From the NCBI GenBank assembly GCA_963826115.1, contig CAWGVS010000005.1, positions 1,856,001 through 1,920,000 on the forward strand: a stretch of 64,000 bases of DNA, given 5' to 3'. How positions within the stretch are numbered: the stretch's first letter is position 1; each line of letters opens with the position of its first letter. The translations under genes and the position numbers were made by a program. This document shows positions 1-10,830 of the stretch, piece by piece. The notes under the pieces were generated by a model, which was not told where the DNA came from, ran no database searches, and saw only the letters and a program-made list of their open reading frames with translations. Origin of the DNA: an uncultured Candidatus Rokubacteria bacterium. GTDB taxonomy: Bacteria; Methylomirabilota; Methylomirabilia; Rokubacteriales; DASRDR01.

Positions 1-2
1 CG

Positions 3-2591
3 CACCCCAGGTCCGCGCGCTGCATCGCCCAGCAAGGAGTGCGCGCGCTCCTCGCCGTGCCGCTCGTGCGGGAGGACAAGCTGCTCGGCGGCCTCGTGGT
101 GCTGCGACGCGAGCAGGGCCAGTTCTCCGTCGGGGTCGTCGCGACGCTCCAGACGTTCGCCGCCCAGTCGGTGTTGGCCATCAACAACGCCGGGCTCTTC
201 CGTGAGATTCAGCGTCAGAAGCAGTATTCGGACGCGCTCGTGCAGACGAGCCCCGTGGCGATCGTGACGATGGACCTCGGCGGAAAAGTCACGGGCTGGA
301 ACCCGGGGGCGGAGCGGCTCTTCCAGTACCCGCAGGAGGAGGCGCTCGGTCGCACGATGGAGCAGCTGGTGGCGACCCCGGAGGTCCGCGACGAGGTCCG
401 CGCCAACATCCGCCAGACGCTCGGGGGCGAGTGGATCCGGGCGATCGGGCGCCGCGCTCGCAAGGACGGCACGCGCGTCGACGTCGAGATCTCGTCGATG
501 CCCGTGGTCGTCGAGGGCGCCCAGGTTGGCATGATCGCGATCTACCACGACATCACCGAGCTCCTCCGGGCGCGGCGCGAGGCCGAGGCTGCCAACGAGG
601 CCAAGGGCGCGTTCCTGGCCACCATGAGCCACGAGATCCGGACGCCGCTCAACGCGGTGATCGGAATGAGCGGGCTGCTCCTCAACACTCCCCTCGCCGA
701 CGAGCAGCGGGAGTACGCGGAGATCGTCCGCCAGAGCGGCGACGCGCTCCTCACCGTCATCAACGACATCCTCGACTTCTCGAAGATCGAGGCCGGGCGG
801 CTCGAGCTCGAGTCTCAGCCCTTCGACCTCCGCGAGTGCGTCGAGGGGGCGCTCGACCTCGTGGCCACCCGAGCGGCCGAGAAGGGCCTGGACCTCGCGT
901 ACCTGGTCGGCGACGGCACCCCGGCCGCCATCGTGGGCGACGTGACGCGTCTCCGTCAGGTGCTCCTGAACCTCCTCTCGAACGCGGTCAAGTTCACCGA
1001 GCGGGGCGAGGTCGTGCTCTCGGTGAGCGCGCAGCGCCTGGACGGCCCCGAGGGGCTCCACGAGCTGACCTTCGCCGTCCGCGACACCGGCATCGGGATC
1101 CCGGCCGACCGGCTCGGCCGGCTCTTCCAGTCGTTCAGCCAGGTCGACGCGTCGACCACGCGGCGCTACGGAGGGACGGGCCTCGGGCTGGCGATCAGCC
1201 AGCGCCTGGCCGAGCTGATGGGCGGCCGGATCGGCGTCACGAGCGAGGTCGGACTGGGGAGCGAGTTCCGCTTCTCCATCCGGGCGGCGGCCGCCGCCGA
1301 GGTGCCGCTCCCGAGCCGGCGCGACCTGAGCGGCGTGCAGCCCTCCCTCCGCGGAAAGCGGGTCCTCGTGGTCGACGACAACGCGACCAACCGTCGCATC
1401 GTCACCACGCACCTCGGTAACTGGGGACTGCCGGCGCGCGCCACCGAGTCGCCGCGAGAGGCGCTCGCGTGGATCCGCGCCGGCGAGCCCTTCGACGTCG
1501 CGATCCTGGACATGCACATGCCGGAGATGGACGGGGCGACCCTGGCCCACGCCATCCGGCAGGAGCCGGCGGGCGCGGCTCTCCCGCTGATCCTCTTCAC
1601 GTCGCTGGGGCGCCGCGAGGCGCTCGCCGAGAGCGAGGCCTTCGCCGCGTATCTCCACAAGCCGATCAAGCCCTCGCAGCTCTTCGACGCGCTGGTCTCG
1701 GTACTGGCCGACCAGCCGGTCCACGTGCCCGAGCGGGGCGTGGGGCGAAGCGAGCTCGACCCGGAGATGGCCGGCCGGCATCCGCTGCGGATCCTCCTGG
1801 CCGAGGACAACGTGGTGAACCAGAAGGTGGCGCTGCGTCTCCTGGGCCAGCTCGGTTACCGGGCGGACCTGGCGGCGAACGGGCTCGAGGCCATCGACGC
1901 CGTCGGCCGCCAGACCTACGACGTGGTCCTCATGGACGTGCAGATGCCGGAGCTGGACGGGTTCGAGGCGTCACGTGAGATCAATCGGCGCTGGCCGGGC
2001 GAGCGGCGCCCGCGGATCGTCGCCATGACGGCCAACGCGATGCAGGGCGACCGCGAGCTGTGCATGGCGGCCGGGATGGACGACTACGTCGCGAAGCCGA
2101 TCCGGGTGGATGAGCTCGTCGCCGCCCTCGCGCGCGTGCCCCGCCGCGCGGACCCGGCGGTGCGCCCAGCACCCGCTCCGATGCGGGCCGGGGACGGATG
2201 GCAGGAGGCCGCCGCGCCGCGGGCGGCGGACACTGCTCCAGCCGGCGAGATCGACCGCGCGACGTTCGATCGCCTCATCGCGTCGATGGGCGGCCCCTTC
2301 GTCACCGAGCTGGTCGACACGTTCGTGGAGGATGCCCGGGACCTCGTCGCCGGGCTCAGGCGGGCCCTGGCCGGATCCGACGTCGACACCTTCCGGCGTG
2401 CGGCGCACTCGCTCAAGTCGACCGCGGAGACGGTCGGCGCGACCCGGCTGTCCGCGCTGGCGCGGGAGCTGGAGGCGCAGGCCCGCGGGGGAAGCCTGGA
2501 CAAGATCGGCGACCGGCTCGACCGGCTGGCCGACGAGTACGAGCGCGCGGCGCGCGCGCTGGGGGAGCTCCGACGTGACCTCATCCGGTAA
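3..2591 (+). CDS. Hybrid sensor histidine kinase (GAF-PAS-HisKA-HATPase-REC-REC-Hpt), 5' truncated by the window edge
   Basis: H-box [15 protein letters not shown]-box [11 protein letters not shown] boxes DTGIGI and GGTGLGLAI, receivers (VVDDN..LDMHMP..KP; LAEDN..MDVQMP..KP), Hpt motif AAHSLKS. The frame is open from position 3. Confidence 0.95.
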   Translation, partial: HPRSARCIAQQGVRALLAVPLVREDKLLGGLVVLRREQGQFSVGVVATLQTFAAQSVLAINNAGLFREIQRQKQYSDALVQTSPVAIVTMDLGGKVTGWNPGAERLFQYPQEEALGRTMEQLVATPEVRDEVRANIRQTLGGEWIRAIGRRARKDGTRVDVEISSMPVVVEGAQVGMIAIYHDITELLRARREAEAANEAKGAFLATMSHEIRTPLNAVIGMSGLLLNTPLADEQREYAEIVRQSGDALLTVINDILDFSKIEAGRLELESQPFDLRECVEGALDLVATRAAEKGLDLAYLVGDGTPAAIVGDVTRLRQVLLNLLSNAVKFTERGEVVLSVSAQRLDGPEGLHELTFAVRDTGIGIPADRLGRLFQSFSQVDASTTRRYGGTGLGLAISQRLAELMGGRIGVTSEVGLGSEFRFSIRAAAAAEVPLPSRRDLSGVQPSLRGKRVLVVDDNATNRRIVTTHLGNWGLPARATESPREALAWIRAGEPFDVAILDMHMPEMDGATLAHAIRQEPAGAALPLILFTSLGRREALAESEAFAAYLHKPIKPSQLFDALVSVLADQPVHVPERGVGRSELDPEMAGRHPLRILLAEDNVVNQKVALRLLGQLGYRADLAANGLEAIDAVGRQTYDVVLMDVQMPELDGFEASREINRRWPGERRPRIVAMTANAMQGDRELCMAAGMDDYVAKPIRVDELVAALARVPRRADPAVRPAPAPMRAGDGWQEAAAPRAADTAPAGEIDRATFDRLIASMGGPFVTELVDTFVEDARDLVAGLRRALAGSDVDTFRRAAHSLKSTAETVGATRLSALARELEAQARGGSLDKIGDRLDRLADEYERAARALGELRRDLIR

Positions 2592-3630
2592 CGCGCAGCC
2601 CGGCACCCTTCTCGTCGTCGACGACAACCGCGTGAACCGCCTGCTCCTCGGGCGCGCCCTCGAGCAGCTCGGGCACACCGTGCGCTTCGCCGAGAACGGC
2701 CAGGAGGCCCTGGAGGCGCTCCGCCAGCGCCGGGTCGACCTGATCCTCCTCGACATCGAGATGCCGGAGATGGACGGCTACCAGGCGCTCGCCGCCCTCG
2801 GAGCCGATCCGCACCTCCGGGACATCCCGGTCGTCATGATGTCCTCCGTCGAGGAGGTGGACAGCGTCGCCCGGTGCATCGAGATGGGCGCCGAAGACTA
2901 CCTCTTCAAGCCCGTCAATCCGGTGCTGCTGCGGGCACGGGTCGGCGCCAGCCTGGAGAAGAAACGGCTCCTGGACCGCCAGCGCGAGATGTTCCGGAAG
3001 TTCGCGACCGCGGAGGTTGCCGAGGAGCTCCTGACGAGCGGGCTCGCCCTCGGCGGCAAGCAGGTCGACGCGACCGTGATGTTCTCCGACATCCGCGGGT
3101 TCACGAGCCTCACCGAGTCCCTGTCGCCGGTCGACACGATCGAGCTCCTGAACAGCTACTACACCCTGATGTTCGACGCGATCGGAGGCCAGGGCGGGAT
3201 CGTCAACCAGATGCTCGGCGACGGCCTCATGGCGATCTTCGGAGCGCCCCTCCCGCATGCCGACCACCGAGCGCGCGCGGTACGCGCCGCGCTCGAGATG
3301 CTCGAGCTGATCGCCGGATTCAGCGGGGACCAGGTTGCCCGTGGTGGCCCGGAGGTCCGCATCGGAATCGGCATCGCCTCGGGACCGGTGGTCGCCGGCT
3401 TCACCGGCACCGAGCGCCGGGTGACCTACACCTGCGTGGGCGAGACGGTGAACCTCGCGGCGCATCTCGAAGCCCACACGAAGGTCGTCGGCCGACCCAT
3501 CCTCATCGACGAGCACACGCGCCAGGGCCTGGGCGAGGGCGTCCGCGTGGAGTCCCACGGCATGGCCCAGCTGAAGACCCGGAGCCGTGCCGTCGCGGTC
3601 TACTCGGTGGCCCCGGGCCAGCGGCTCTGA
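2575..3630 (+). CDS. Response-regulator receiver fused to a class III adenylate/guanylate cyclase domain
   Basis: GTG at 2575 after GGGAG, overlapping the kinase 3' end. REC motifs LVVDDN..LLDIEMPEMDG..KP; cyclase motifs FSDIRGFT, GDGLMAIFGAP, IGIGIASG, GETVNLA. Confidence 0.92.
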   Translation: MTSSGNAQPGTLLVVDDNRVNRLLLGRALEQLGHTVRFAENGQEALEALRQRRVDLILLDIEMPEMDGYQALAALGADPHLRDIPVVMMSSVEEVDSVARCIEMGAEDYLFKPVNPVLLRARVGASLEKKRLLDRQREMFRKFATAEVAEELLTSGLALGGKQVDATVMFSDIRGFTSLTESLSPVDTIELLNSYYTLMFDAIGGQGGIVNQMLGDGLMAIFGAPLPHADHRARAVRAALEMLELIAGFSGDQVARGGPEVRIGIGIASGPVVAGFTGTERRVTYTCVGETVNLAAHLEAHTKVVGRPILIDEHTRQGLGEGVRVESHGMAQLKTRSRAVAVYSVAPGQRL

Positions 3631-3654
3631 CGTCGGAGCCGGACGGCTCGACCG

Positions 3655-4722
3655 TCAGCGGTACTCGACACCCCGGGCGCCCCGGCGGATCTCCCCGATC
3701 CGGAAGGACGGTGTTCGCGCGTTCCATAGACGCGACACCACGCCCGCGACCTCGCGCTCTGGCACGACGAGGACGAAGCCGATCCCCATGTTGAAGACGC
3801 GGAACATCTCGGCCTCGTCGATCCGACCCCGGTCCTGCAGCCACCGGAAGACCTCGGACACGGGCCAGGTGCCGCGCTGGATCACGGCCCGGCAGCCCGG
3901 CGGCAGGACGCGCGGCAGGTTCCCCGTGAGCCCCCCGCCCGTGATGTGGGCCATCGCCCGCACCGTCGCGCCCCCCCGCAGGAGGCTCAAGATCGGCTGG
4001 ACGTAGATGCGCGTCGGCCGGAGGAGCTCGCGACCCACCGTGCGGTTCAACCCGGGGATGCGGTCGCCGACCCGGAGGCGCAGACGGTCGAACACGACCT
4101 TCCGGGCGAGGCTGTACCCGTTCGAGTGGAGTCCGGTCGAGAGGAGTCCGATCACCGCGTCCCCGGGACGGACGCCGCGGCCGTCGACGAGCCGCCTCCG
4201 CTCCACGACGCCCAAAGCGAACCCCGCCAGGTCGTACTCGCCAGTCGCGTAGAAATCGGGCAGCTCCGCGATCTCCCCGCCGATGAGGGCGCACCCCGCC
4301 TCGCGGCAGCCGGCGGCGATCCCGCGCACCACCGTCTCGACGGTCCGGGGCACGACCCGGTTGACCCCGATGTAGTCGAGGAAGACCAGCGGCTCGGCGC
4401 CGTGGACGAGGAGGTCGTTGACGCCCATGGCGACCAGGTCGATCCCGATGGTGTCGTGGCGGCCGGCCAGGAAGGCGACCCGGAGCTTCGAACCGACGCC
4501 GTCCGTCGAGGCCAGGAGCACGGGGTCCTTGTAGCGCCGGGGGACGCGGAAGAACCCCGCGAAACCGCCGATGTCGCCGAGGACCTCGGGGCGGTACGTC
4601 GCGCGCGCCCACGGGGCGAGGCGCCGCACGGCATCCTCGCCGGCGGAGATGTCGACGCCGGCGGCGCGGTAGGTCAGGCGGGCCCGCGCGGGCCGCCGGA
4701 CGGCAGGGCGGGCGCGCTTCAC
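3655..4722 (-). CDS. purM: Phosphoribosylformylglycinamidine cyclo-ligase (AIR synthetase)
   Basis: [41 protein letters not shown]. The GTG start overlaps the purF stop (GTGA). Confidence 0.96.
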   Translation of the reverse strand: MKRARPAVRRPARARLTYRAAGVDISAGEDAVRRLAPWARATYRPEVLGDIGGFAGFFRVPRRYKDPVLLASTDGVGSKLRVAFLAGRHDTIGIDLVAMGVNDLLVHGAEPLVFLDYIGVNRVVPRTVETVVRGIAAGCREAGCALIGGEIAELPDFYATGEYDLAGFALGVVERRRLVDGRGVRPGDAVIGLLSTGLHSNGYSLARKVVFDRLRLRVGDRIPGLNRTVGRELLRPTRIYVQPILSLLRGGATVRAMAHITGGGLTGNLPRVLPPGCRAVIQRGTWPVSEVFRWLQDRGRIDEAEMFRVFNMGIGFVLVVPEREVAGVVSRLWNARTPSFRIGEIRRGARGVEYR

Positions 4723-6137
4723 TCGACGTCGAAGAGAGCGAGCTGCGCGGTGTCCTCCATCGGGAACCCGACCTCGTAGGCGCCGCTGAAGCACGCGTGG
4801 CAGAACCGGCCGCCGTCGCCGCCGACAGCCTTCAGCATGCCGTCGAGCGACAGGTAGCCCAGCGAGTCGGCGCCGATGTAGCGGCGGATCTCCTCGACCC
4901 GGTGGCTGGAGCCGATCAGCTCCTTGCGCGTCGGCGTGTCGATGCCGTAGTAGCAGGGCCACTGGATCGGCGGCGACGAGATGCGCAAGTGCACCTCTCG
5001 GGCGCCGACCGACCGGATCATCTTCACGATCTTCCGGCTGGTCGTCCCGCGCACGATCGAGTCGTCGACGACCACGATGCGCCGCCCCTCGATCGTCTCC
5101 CGCATCGGGTTGAGCTTCACCCGGACCCCGAAGTGGCGGATGCCGTCCTTCGGCTCGATGAACGTGCGCCCGACGTAGTGGTTGCGGATCAGCCCCATCT
5201 CGAACGGGATGCCCGACCGCTCCGAGTATCCGAGGGCGGCCCCGACGCCCGAATCGGGCACGGGGATGACGATGTCCGCCTCCACCGGGTGCTCCTCGGC
5301 CAGCCGGCCGCCGAGCGCCTTGCGCGTCTGGTACACGTTCTGTCCCCAGAGCGTCGTGTCCGGGCGGGCGAAGTAGATGTACTCGAAGACGCACTGGAGC
5401 TGCTTCTTCGCGGGGAACGGCTTGATCGACCGGAGGCCGTTCTGGTCGATGAGGACGATCTCCCCGGGCTCCACGTCGCGCACGAACTCGGCCTCGAGCA
5501 GGTCGAGAGCGCAGGTCTCCGACGCAAGGAGCCACGTCTTGCCGAGCCGCCCGATCACCAGCGGGCGGAAGCCGTGGGGGTCCCGGACCCCGACGAGCGT
5601 GTCCGGCGTCAGCATGACGAGCGAGTAGGCGCCGCTCACCTGGGCCAGGGCCGTGCTGAGCGTCCGCTCGAGGCTCTGCCGGTCCGCGCGCGCGATGAGG
5701 TGGAGCATCACCTCCGAGTCCGACGTGGACTGGAAGATGGCCCCCAGCGACTCCAGCTCCTTCCGGAGCGCCTCGGCGTTGACCAGGTTGCCGTTGTGCC
5801 CGAGGGCGATCGAGCCCCGGGAGAACGTCGCGCTGATCGGCTGGGCGTTCCGGAGCGTCGAGGAGCCCGCCGTCGAGTAGCGGACGTGGCCGATGGCGGA
5901 CTGGCCCGGGAGCCGCCGGAGCCGCTCGGGGGAGAACACGTCGGCGACCCAGCCCATGGCCTTCTCGACGTGCAGCGTGCGGCCGTCGGTCGCCGCGATC
6001 CCGGCGGACTCCTGGCCGCGGTGCTGGAGCGCGTAGAGCCCCAGATAGGCGAGGTTGGCGGCCTCCGGATGGTCGAAGACGCCGAAGAGCCCGCACTCGT
6101 CGTGGAGCTTGTCGTCGTCGAGCCAGACGGTCGTCAT
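4719..6137 (-). CDS. purF: Amidophosphoribosyltransferase
   Basis: Propeptide followed by [27 protein letters not shown], and PRPP loop [13 protein letters not shown]. Confidence 0.97.
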   Translation of the reverse strand: MTTVWLDDDKLHDECGLFGVFDHPEAANLAYLGLYALQHRGQESAGIAATDGRTLHVEKAMGWVADVFSPERLRRLPGQSAIGHVRYSTAGSSTLRNAQPISATFSRGSIALGHNGNLVNAEALRKELESLGAIFQSTSDSEVMLHLIARADRQSLERTLSTALAQVSGAYSLVMLTPDTLVGVRDPHGFRPLVIGRLGKTWLLASETCALDLLEAEFVRDVEPGEIVLIDQNGLRSIKPFPAKKQLQCVFEYIYFARPDTTLWGQNVYQTRKALGGRLAEEHPVEADIVIPVPDSGVGAALGYSERSGIPFEMGLIRNHYVGRTFIEPKDGIRHFGVRVKLNPMRETIEGRRIVVVDDSIVRGTTSRKIVKMIRSVGAREVHLRISSPPIQWPCYYGIDTPTRKELIGSSHRVEEIRRYIGADSLGYLSLDGMLKAVGGDGGRFCHACFSGAYEVGFPMEDTAQLALFDVE

Positions 6138-8410
6138 GCGGCTCCCTCCGCCTCTCGCGCCGACAGAGCTTCGATCGGCTGCTCGAGCGCCCGCGCCAGC
6201 CCGTTCTCGAAGGCGTCGGCCAGCGCCTCCGTGGGCTGCGACACGCGCACGGCGCTCCCGACTCGCACCTCGAGCCGGTTCCCACCGACCTCGCCGAGTA
6301 CGTGAACCGGCACGTCCCACTCTCGCACGATCTGCGTCAGCCGCGCGAGGTCCTCGCGCGCCGCCGTGATCAGGATGCGGGACGGCGCCTCGCCGAAGAG
6401 GACCTCGTCCACCCGGCCCCCGTCGGGGAGGCGGATGGCGGCGCCCAGCCTTCGCGGGCCCGTGACGCAGCCCTCCGCGAGCGCCACGGCCAGGCCGCCC
6501 TCGGCGGCATCGTGGGCGGACCGGACGCAGCCGGCCTCGATGGCCGCCAGACACGCGGCCTGCACGGCCCGCTCCCGGTCGAGGTCGAGCGGAGCGGGCT
6601 CGCCGGCCAGCCGGCCATGCATGGTGTGGAGGTACTCGCTACCGCCGAGTCGTCCTCCGGGCTCGCCCAGGAGGAGCACGACGTCCCCCTCCTCCTTGAA
6701 CCACTGCGTGGTCCGCCGCTCGGCGTCCTGGAGGAGCCCGACCACCCCGACGACCGGCGTCGGGAGGATCGCCCGCCCCAGCGTCTCGTTGTAGAAGGAG
6801 ACGTTGCCGCCGGTGACCGGGATCCCGAGCGCCTCACAGGCGCGCGCGATGCCGTCCACGGCCTCCGAGAACTGCCACATGATCTCGGGACGCTCGGGCG
6901 ACGCGAAGTTCAGGCAGTTCGTCACCGCGAGCGGGCGCCCGCCGGCGCACACGACGTTGCGCGCCGCCTCGGCCACCGCCATCGCGCCGCCGAGGAAGGG
7001 GTCCAGCTGCCCGTAGCGGCCGTTGCCGTCGGTGGCCACCGCCACCGCCCGGCGGGTCCCCTTGATCCGGAGGACCGCGGCGTCGGAGCCCGGAAGGACG
7101 AGCGTGTTGATTCCCACCTGATGGTCGTACTGCCGCCAGATGCTGCGCTTGGACGCGATCGTCGGCGCCGCGAGGAGCCGGAGCAGCACCGCTCCCGGAT
7201 CGGCCGGCTCCGAGATCTCGCGGAGGTCGAGGGCCCGGTCCCGGTCGAGCCAGTCGGGCCGCGCCAGCGGACGCTCGTAGACCGGGGCCTCGTCGGTCAG
7301 CGCCCGGACCGGGACCTCGGCCACGATCTCCCCGCGCATCCGCGCCCGGAGGAGGCCGTCGGCCGTCACCCGCCCGATCGACACCGCGTCCAGCTCCCAC
7401 TTCTCGAAGATCCGCTGGACCTCGACCTCGCGCCCCCGCTCGACGACGAGGAGCATCCGCTCCTGGGACTCCGACAGGAGGATCTCGTAGGGGGTCATCC
7501 CAGGCTCGCGCTGCGGCACGCGGTCGAGGTCGACGTCGGCCCCCGTCCCCGCGCGCGCGGGCATCTCGGAGAGCGAGCACGCCAGCCCGGCCGCGCCCAT
7601 GTCCTGGATGCCCACCACCGCGCCCGTCCGGAACGCCTCGAGGCACGCCTCGAGAAGAAGCTTCTCCGTGAACGGGTCGCCGACCTGGACGGTCGGCCGC
7701 CGCTCGGCCGAGGTCTCGTCGAAGGCCTCCGACGCCATGGTCGCGCCGTGGATGCCGTCACGACCGGTCTTGGCTCCGACGTACACGAACGTGTTTCCCA
7801 CGCCATCGGCCCGGGCGCGGAAGATGCGGTCCACCGGCACCAGGCCCATGCACAGGACGTTGACCAGGGGGTTCCGCGCGTACTCCGACGCGAACGCCAC
7901 CTCGCCCCCGACCGTCGGGCACCCGAAGCAGTTGCCGTAGTGAGAGATGCCGGCGACCACGCCTCCCAGCAGGAAGCGAGTGCCCGGCTCGTCGACGGGC
8001 CCGAAGCGGAGCGAGTCGAGCAGCGCGATCGGGCGGGCGCCCATCGTGAAGATGTCCCGCAGGATCCCGCCCACGCCCGTGGCGGCGCCCTGGAACGGCT
8101 CGATGAACGACGGGTGGTTGTGGCTCTCGATCTTGAAGGCGAGGGCGATACCGTCCCCGACGTCGACGATCCCGGCGTTCTCGCCGGGTCCCTGGAGCAC
8201 GTGAGGGCCCTTCGTGGGCAGGCGTCGAAGGTGGACGCGGGACGACTTGTACGAGCAGTGCTCGGACCAGAGGGCGGAGAACAGCCCCAGCTCCGGATAG
8301 GTGGGGTCCCGGCCGATCAGCCGGACGACCCGGTCGTACTCCTCACGCGTGAGCCCGTGGGACGCCGCCAGGTCCGGGGTGACCTTCGGCTCGGACCCGT
8401 TCACGGGCAC
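6134..8410 (-). CDS. purL: FGAM synthase subunit PurL (small type)
   Basis: [43 protein letters not shown]. Confidence 0.97.
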   Translation of the reverse strand: MPVNGSEPKVTPDLAASHGLTREEYDRVVRLIGRDPTYPELGLFSALWSEHCSYKSSRVHLRRLPTKGPHVLQGPGENAGIVDVGDGIALAFKIESHNHPSFIEPFQGAATGVGGILRDIFTMGARPIALLDSLRFGPVDEPGTRFLLGGVVAGISHYGNCFGCPTVGGEVAFASEYARNPLVNVLCMGLVPVDRIFRARADGVGNTFVYVGAKTGRDGIHGATMASEAFDETSAERRPTVQVGDPFTEKLLLEACLEAFRTGAVVGIQDMGAAGLACSLSEMPARAGTGADVDLDRVPQREPGMTPYEILLSESQERMLLVVERGREVEVQRIFEKWELDAVSIGRVTADGLLRARMRGEIVAEVPVRALTDEAPVYERPLARPDWLDRDRALDLREISEPADPGAVLLRLLAAPTIASKRSIWRQYDHQVGINTLVLPGSDAAVLRIKGTRRAVAVATDGNGRYGQLDPFLGGAMAVAEAARNVVCAGGRPLAVTNCLNFASPERPEIMWQFSEAVDGIARACEALGIPVTGGNVSFYNETLGRAILPTPVVGVVGLLQDAERRTTQWFKEEGDVVLLLGEPGGRLGGSEYLHTMHGRLAGEPAPLDLDRERAVQAACLAAIEAGCVRSAHDAAEGGLAVALAEGCVTGPRRLGAAIRLPDGGRVDEVLFGEAPSRILITAAREDLARLTQIVREWDVPVHVLGEVGGNRLEVRVGSAVRVSQPTEALADAFENGLARALEQPIEALSAREAEGAA

Positions 8411-8428
8411 CCGCGCCCCTCCCCCGTC

Positions 8429-9142
8429 CTAACGGCCGAGGACGGATCCGTTCTCGACGAGGCTTCCCAGCAGCGAGTGGAACAGGAGCAGGCCGTCGGT
8501 GCTGCCGATCGTCGTCTCGGCCGCCCGCTCGGGGTGCGGCATGAGCCCGACGACCGTGCCCTCCTCGTTGCAGACGCCCGCGACGTTCCAGACGGAACCG
8601 TTCGGATTCGCGCCGGCGGTGATCTCGCCGGACTCCGTCGCGTACCGGAAGACGATCTGGTCGCGCTCCCGGAGCTGACGGAGGAGCGCCGGCTCGACGT
8701 GGTAGCGCCCCTCGCCGTGGGCGATCGGCATCTTCAGGACCTGGCCCCGGCGGAGCCCCCGGGTGAACGGGCTCTCGGTCTGCTCGACGGCGACGTGGGT
8801 CCACTGGCACCGGAACTGGAGGCACTCGTTCCGCAGGAGCGTCCCGGGGAGGAGGCCCGCCTCGCAGAGAATCTGGAAGCCGTTACAGCTCCCGAGAACC
8901 ATCCCGCCCCGGGCCACGAAGCTCGGCAGGGCCTCGACGATCGGGGATCGGCCCGCCACGGCGCCCGCTCGCAGGTAGTCGCCGTAGGAGAAGCCCCCAG
9001 GAAGGATCAGGCAATCGAAGCGGTCGACATCGGTGTCCCGGTGCCACACGTACTCGACAGGTTGGTGGAGCACCTGGGAGATGACGTGGTGGAAATCCAT
9101 GTCACTCCACGTGCCCGGGAAGATCACGACGCCGAATCGCAT
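8429..9142 (-). CDS. purQ: FGAM synthase glutaminase subunit PurQ
   Basis: PGGFSYGDYLR, GSCNGFQIL, AHGEG, GLMPHPER. Confidence 0.97.
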   Translation of the reverse strand: MRFGVVIFPGTWSDMDFHHVISQVLHQPVEYVWHRDTDVDRFDCLILPGGFSYGDYLRAGAVAGRSPIVEALPSFVARGGMVLGSCNGFQILCEAGLLPGTLLRNECLQFRCQWTHVAVEQTESPFTRGLRRGQVLKMPIAHGEGRYHVEPALLRQLRERDQIVFRYATESGEITAGANPNGSVWNVAGVCNEEGTVVGLMPHPERAAETTIGSTDGLLLFHSLLGSLVENGSVLGR

Positions 9143-9198
9143 GAAGCCTCCTCTTCCGATGGGGTCGCGGTTACACCTCCTGCGATCCGCCCGAACGA

Positions 9199-9227
9199 AT
9201 AGTACTACGCGCCCCGGAGCCGCACAA
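9199..9227 (-). promoter_or_regulatory. Putative sigma70 promoter internal to the pur cluster, upstream of purQ
   Basis: Minus strand TTGTGC (9227-9222), 17 nt spacer, TACTAT (9204-9199), in the purS-purQ gap. Confidence 0.55.
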
Positions 9228-9238
9228 GACGACCGCCG

Positions 9239-9505
9239 TCAACCGGCGCGCCGACCGTCTTCGCCCTCCACGACCTCGCACGTGTAGTCCTCGACCACGG
9301 GATTGGCGAGGAGCTTCCGGCACATCTCGTCGAGGCGCTGGCGCGCCCGGCCCGCGTCGACCTCGTCGAGCGTGAGGTCGATCAGCTTGCCCACCCGCAT
9401 GTCGCGCACCTCCGGGAAGCCGAGACCCTCGAGCGCCCGCCGGATGGTGGTGCCCTGCGGGTCCAGGATCCCCGGGCGAAGCCGGACCACGATCCGCGCT
9501 TTCAT
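9239..9505 (-). CDS. purS: FGAM synthase subunit PurS
   Basis: MKARIVVRLRPGILDPQG...GK...LLANPVVEDY; the ATG overlaps the purB stop. Confidence 0.96.
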   Translation of the reverse strand: MKARIVVRLRPGILDPQGTTIRRALEGLGFPEVRDMRVGKLIDLTLDEVDAGRARQRLDEMCRKLLANPVVEDYTCEVVEGEDGRRAG

Positions 9506-10818
9506 CTCTCCTCCGATTCGTGAGGGACGAGCCCGACGCGCCGGAACACGGCGTCGACGTGGCGCAAGTACCAGCCGGGATCGAAGCACGCCTTGAGGGC
9601 CTCCGGCGCGAGATGCCGGCCGACCTCGGGGTCGGCCTCGAGGCACTCCAGGAAGGACCGGCGCTCCTCCCAGGCGCGCATCGCGTTCCGCTGCACCACT
9701 TGATAGGCGGCCTGGCGCGCCAGGCCGGCCTCGGCGAGAGCCAGGAGCACGCGCTGGGAATACACGAGGCCGTATGAGCGGTCGAGATTCTCGCGCATGC
9801 GCTCGGGGTAGACCCGCAGGCCGTCGAGGATCCGGGCGGCCTGCGCGAGGAGGTAGTCGAGCAGCGTCGTCGCGTCGGGGAGCACGATGCGCTCCACGGA
9901 TGAGTGGCTGATGTCTCGCTCGTGCCAGAGGGCGATGTCCTCGAGCGCAGCCCCCGCGTGGCTGCGCAGCACGCGGGCGAGGCCCGCGATCTGTTCGCAC
10001 CGCCACGGGTTCCGCTTGTGGGGCATCGCGGAGGAGCCCTTCTGCCCCTCGGCGAAGGGCTCCTCGGCCTCCAGAATCTCCGTCCGCTGGAGGCTCCGGA
10101 TCTCGGTGGCGATGCGCTCGAGGCCGCCGCCCACGATCGCGCAAACGGACACGAGCTCGGCGTGCCGGTCGCGCTGGACGACCTGGGTCGACACCGGCTC
10201 CGGCTCGAGTCCCAGCGCCTCGCAGACCTCCTGCTCGACCTCGGGCGGCACGTGCGCGAAGGTGCCCACCGCCCCGGAGATCTTGCCCACGCGAACGGCC
10301 TCGCGGGCCCGGACCAGCCGCTCGCGGTTGCGCCCGGCCTCCTCGTACCAACCCGCCGCCTTGAGACCGAAGGTCGTCGGCTCGGCGTGGACCCCGTGGG
10401 TGCGTCCGACGGTCAGCGTGTCCCGGTGGCGCAGGGCGAGCCGGCGGAGGCTCTCGCGCAGGCGGTCCACGCCGGCAATCAGCCGGTCCGTGGCCTCGAC
10501 GAGCGCCATCGCCAGGGCGGTGTCCACGACGTCGGACGAGGTCAAGCCCACGTGGACGAACCGCGAGTCCGTGCCGATCGAGCCCTCGAGGTCGGTGAGG
10601 AACGCGATGACGTCGTGGTGGACACGGTCCTCGATCTCGGCGATGCGCCGGGCGTCGACCTGGGCCCGCGCGCGGATCCGCGCCAGCGCGTCGGCGGGGA
10701 CGACTCCCCGGCGCGCCCACGCATCGCACACCGCCAGCTCGACCTGGAGCCAGCGCGTGAACCGCGCGTCGTCGCCCCAGAGGGCGGCCATCTCGGGGCG
10801 CGTGTAGCGCGAGATCAC
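9502..10818 (-). CDS. purB: Adenylosuccinate lyase
   Basis: MISRY, HDVIAF, GRTHGVHAEPTTFG, fumarate-lyase signature GSSAMPHKRNP. Confidence 0.97.
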   Translation of the reverse strand: MISRYTRPEMAALWGDDARFTRWLQVELAVCDAWARRGVVPADALARIRARAQVDARRIAEIEDRVHHDVIAFLTDLEGSIGTDSRFVHVGLTSSDVVDTALAMALVEATDRLIAGVDRLRESLRRLALRHRDTLTVGRTHGVHAEPTTFGLKAAGWYEEAGRNRERLVRAREAVRVGKISGAVGTFAHVPPEVEQEVCEALGLEPEPVSTQVVQRDRHAELVSVCAIVGGGLERIATEIRSLQRTEILEAEEPFAEGQKGSSAMPHKRNPWRCEQIAGLARVLRSHAGAALEDIALWHERDISHSSVERIVLPDATTLLDYLLAQAARILDGLRVYPERMRENLDRSYGLVYSQRVLLALAEAGLARQAAYQVVQRNAMRAWEERRSFLECLEADPEVGRHLAPEALKACFDPGWYLRHVDAVFRRVGLVPHESEER

Positions 10819-10830
10819 CGGTCCGTCCTC

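Noticed and set aside
1-40. Possible one-base frameshift near position 24 of the kinase (frame 2 reads PQVRAL, frame 3 continues [10 protein letters not shown])
   Set aside because: Too little sequence at the window edge, and frame 3 is open anyway.
3655-10818. pur cluster lacks purC, purN, purH, purD and purE/K
   Set aside because: Split pur operons are common; the genes are probably elsewhere in the genome.
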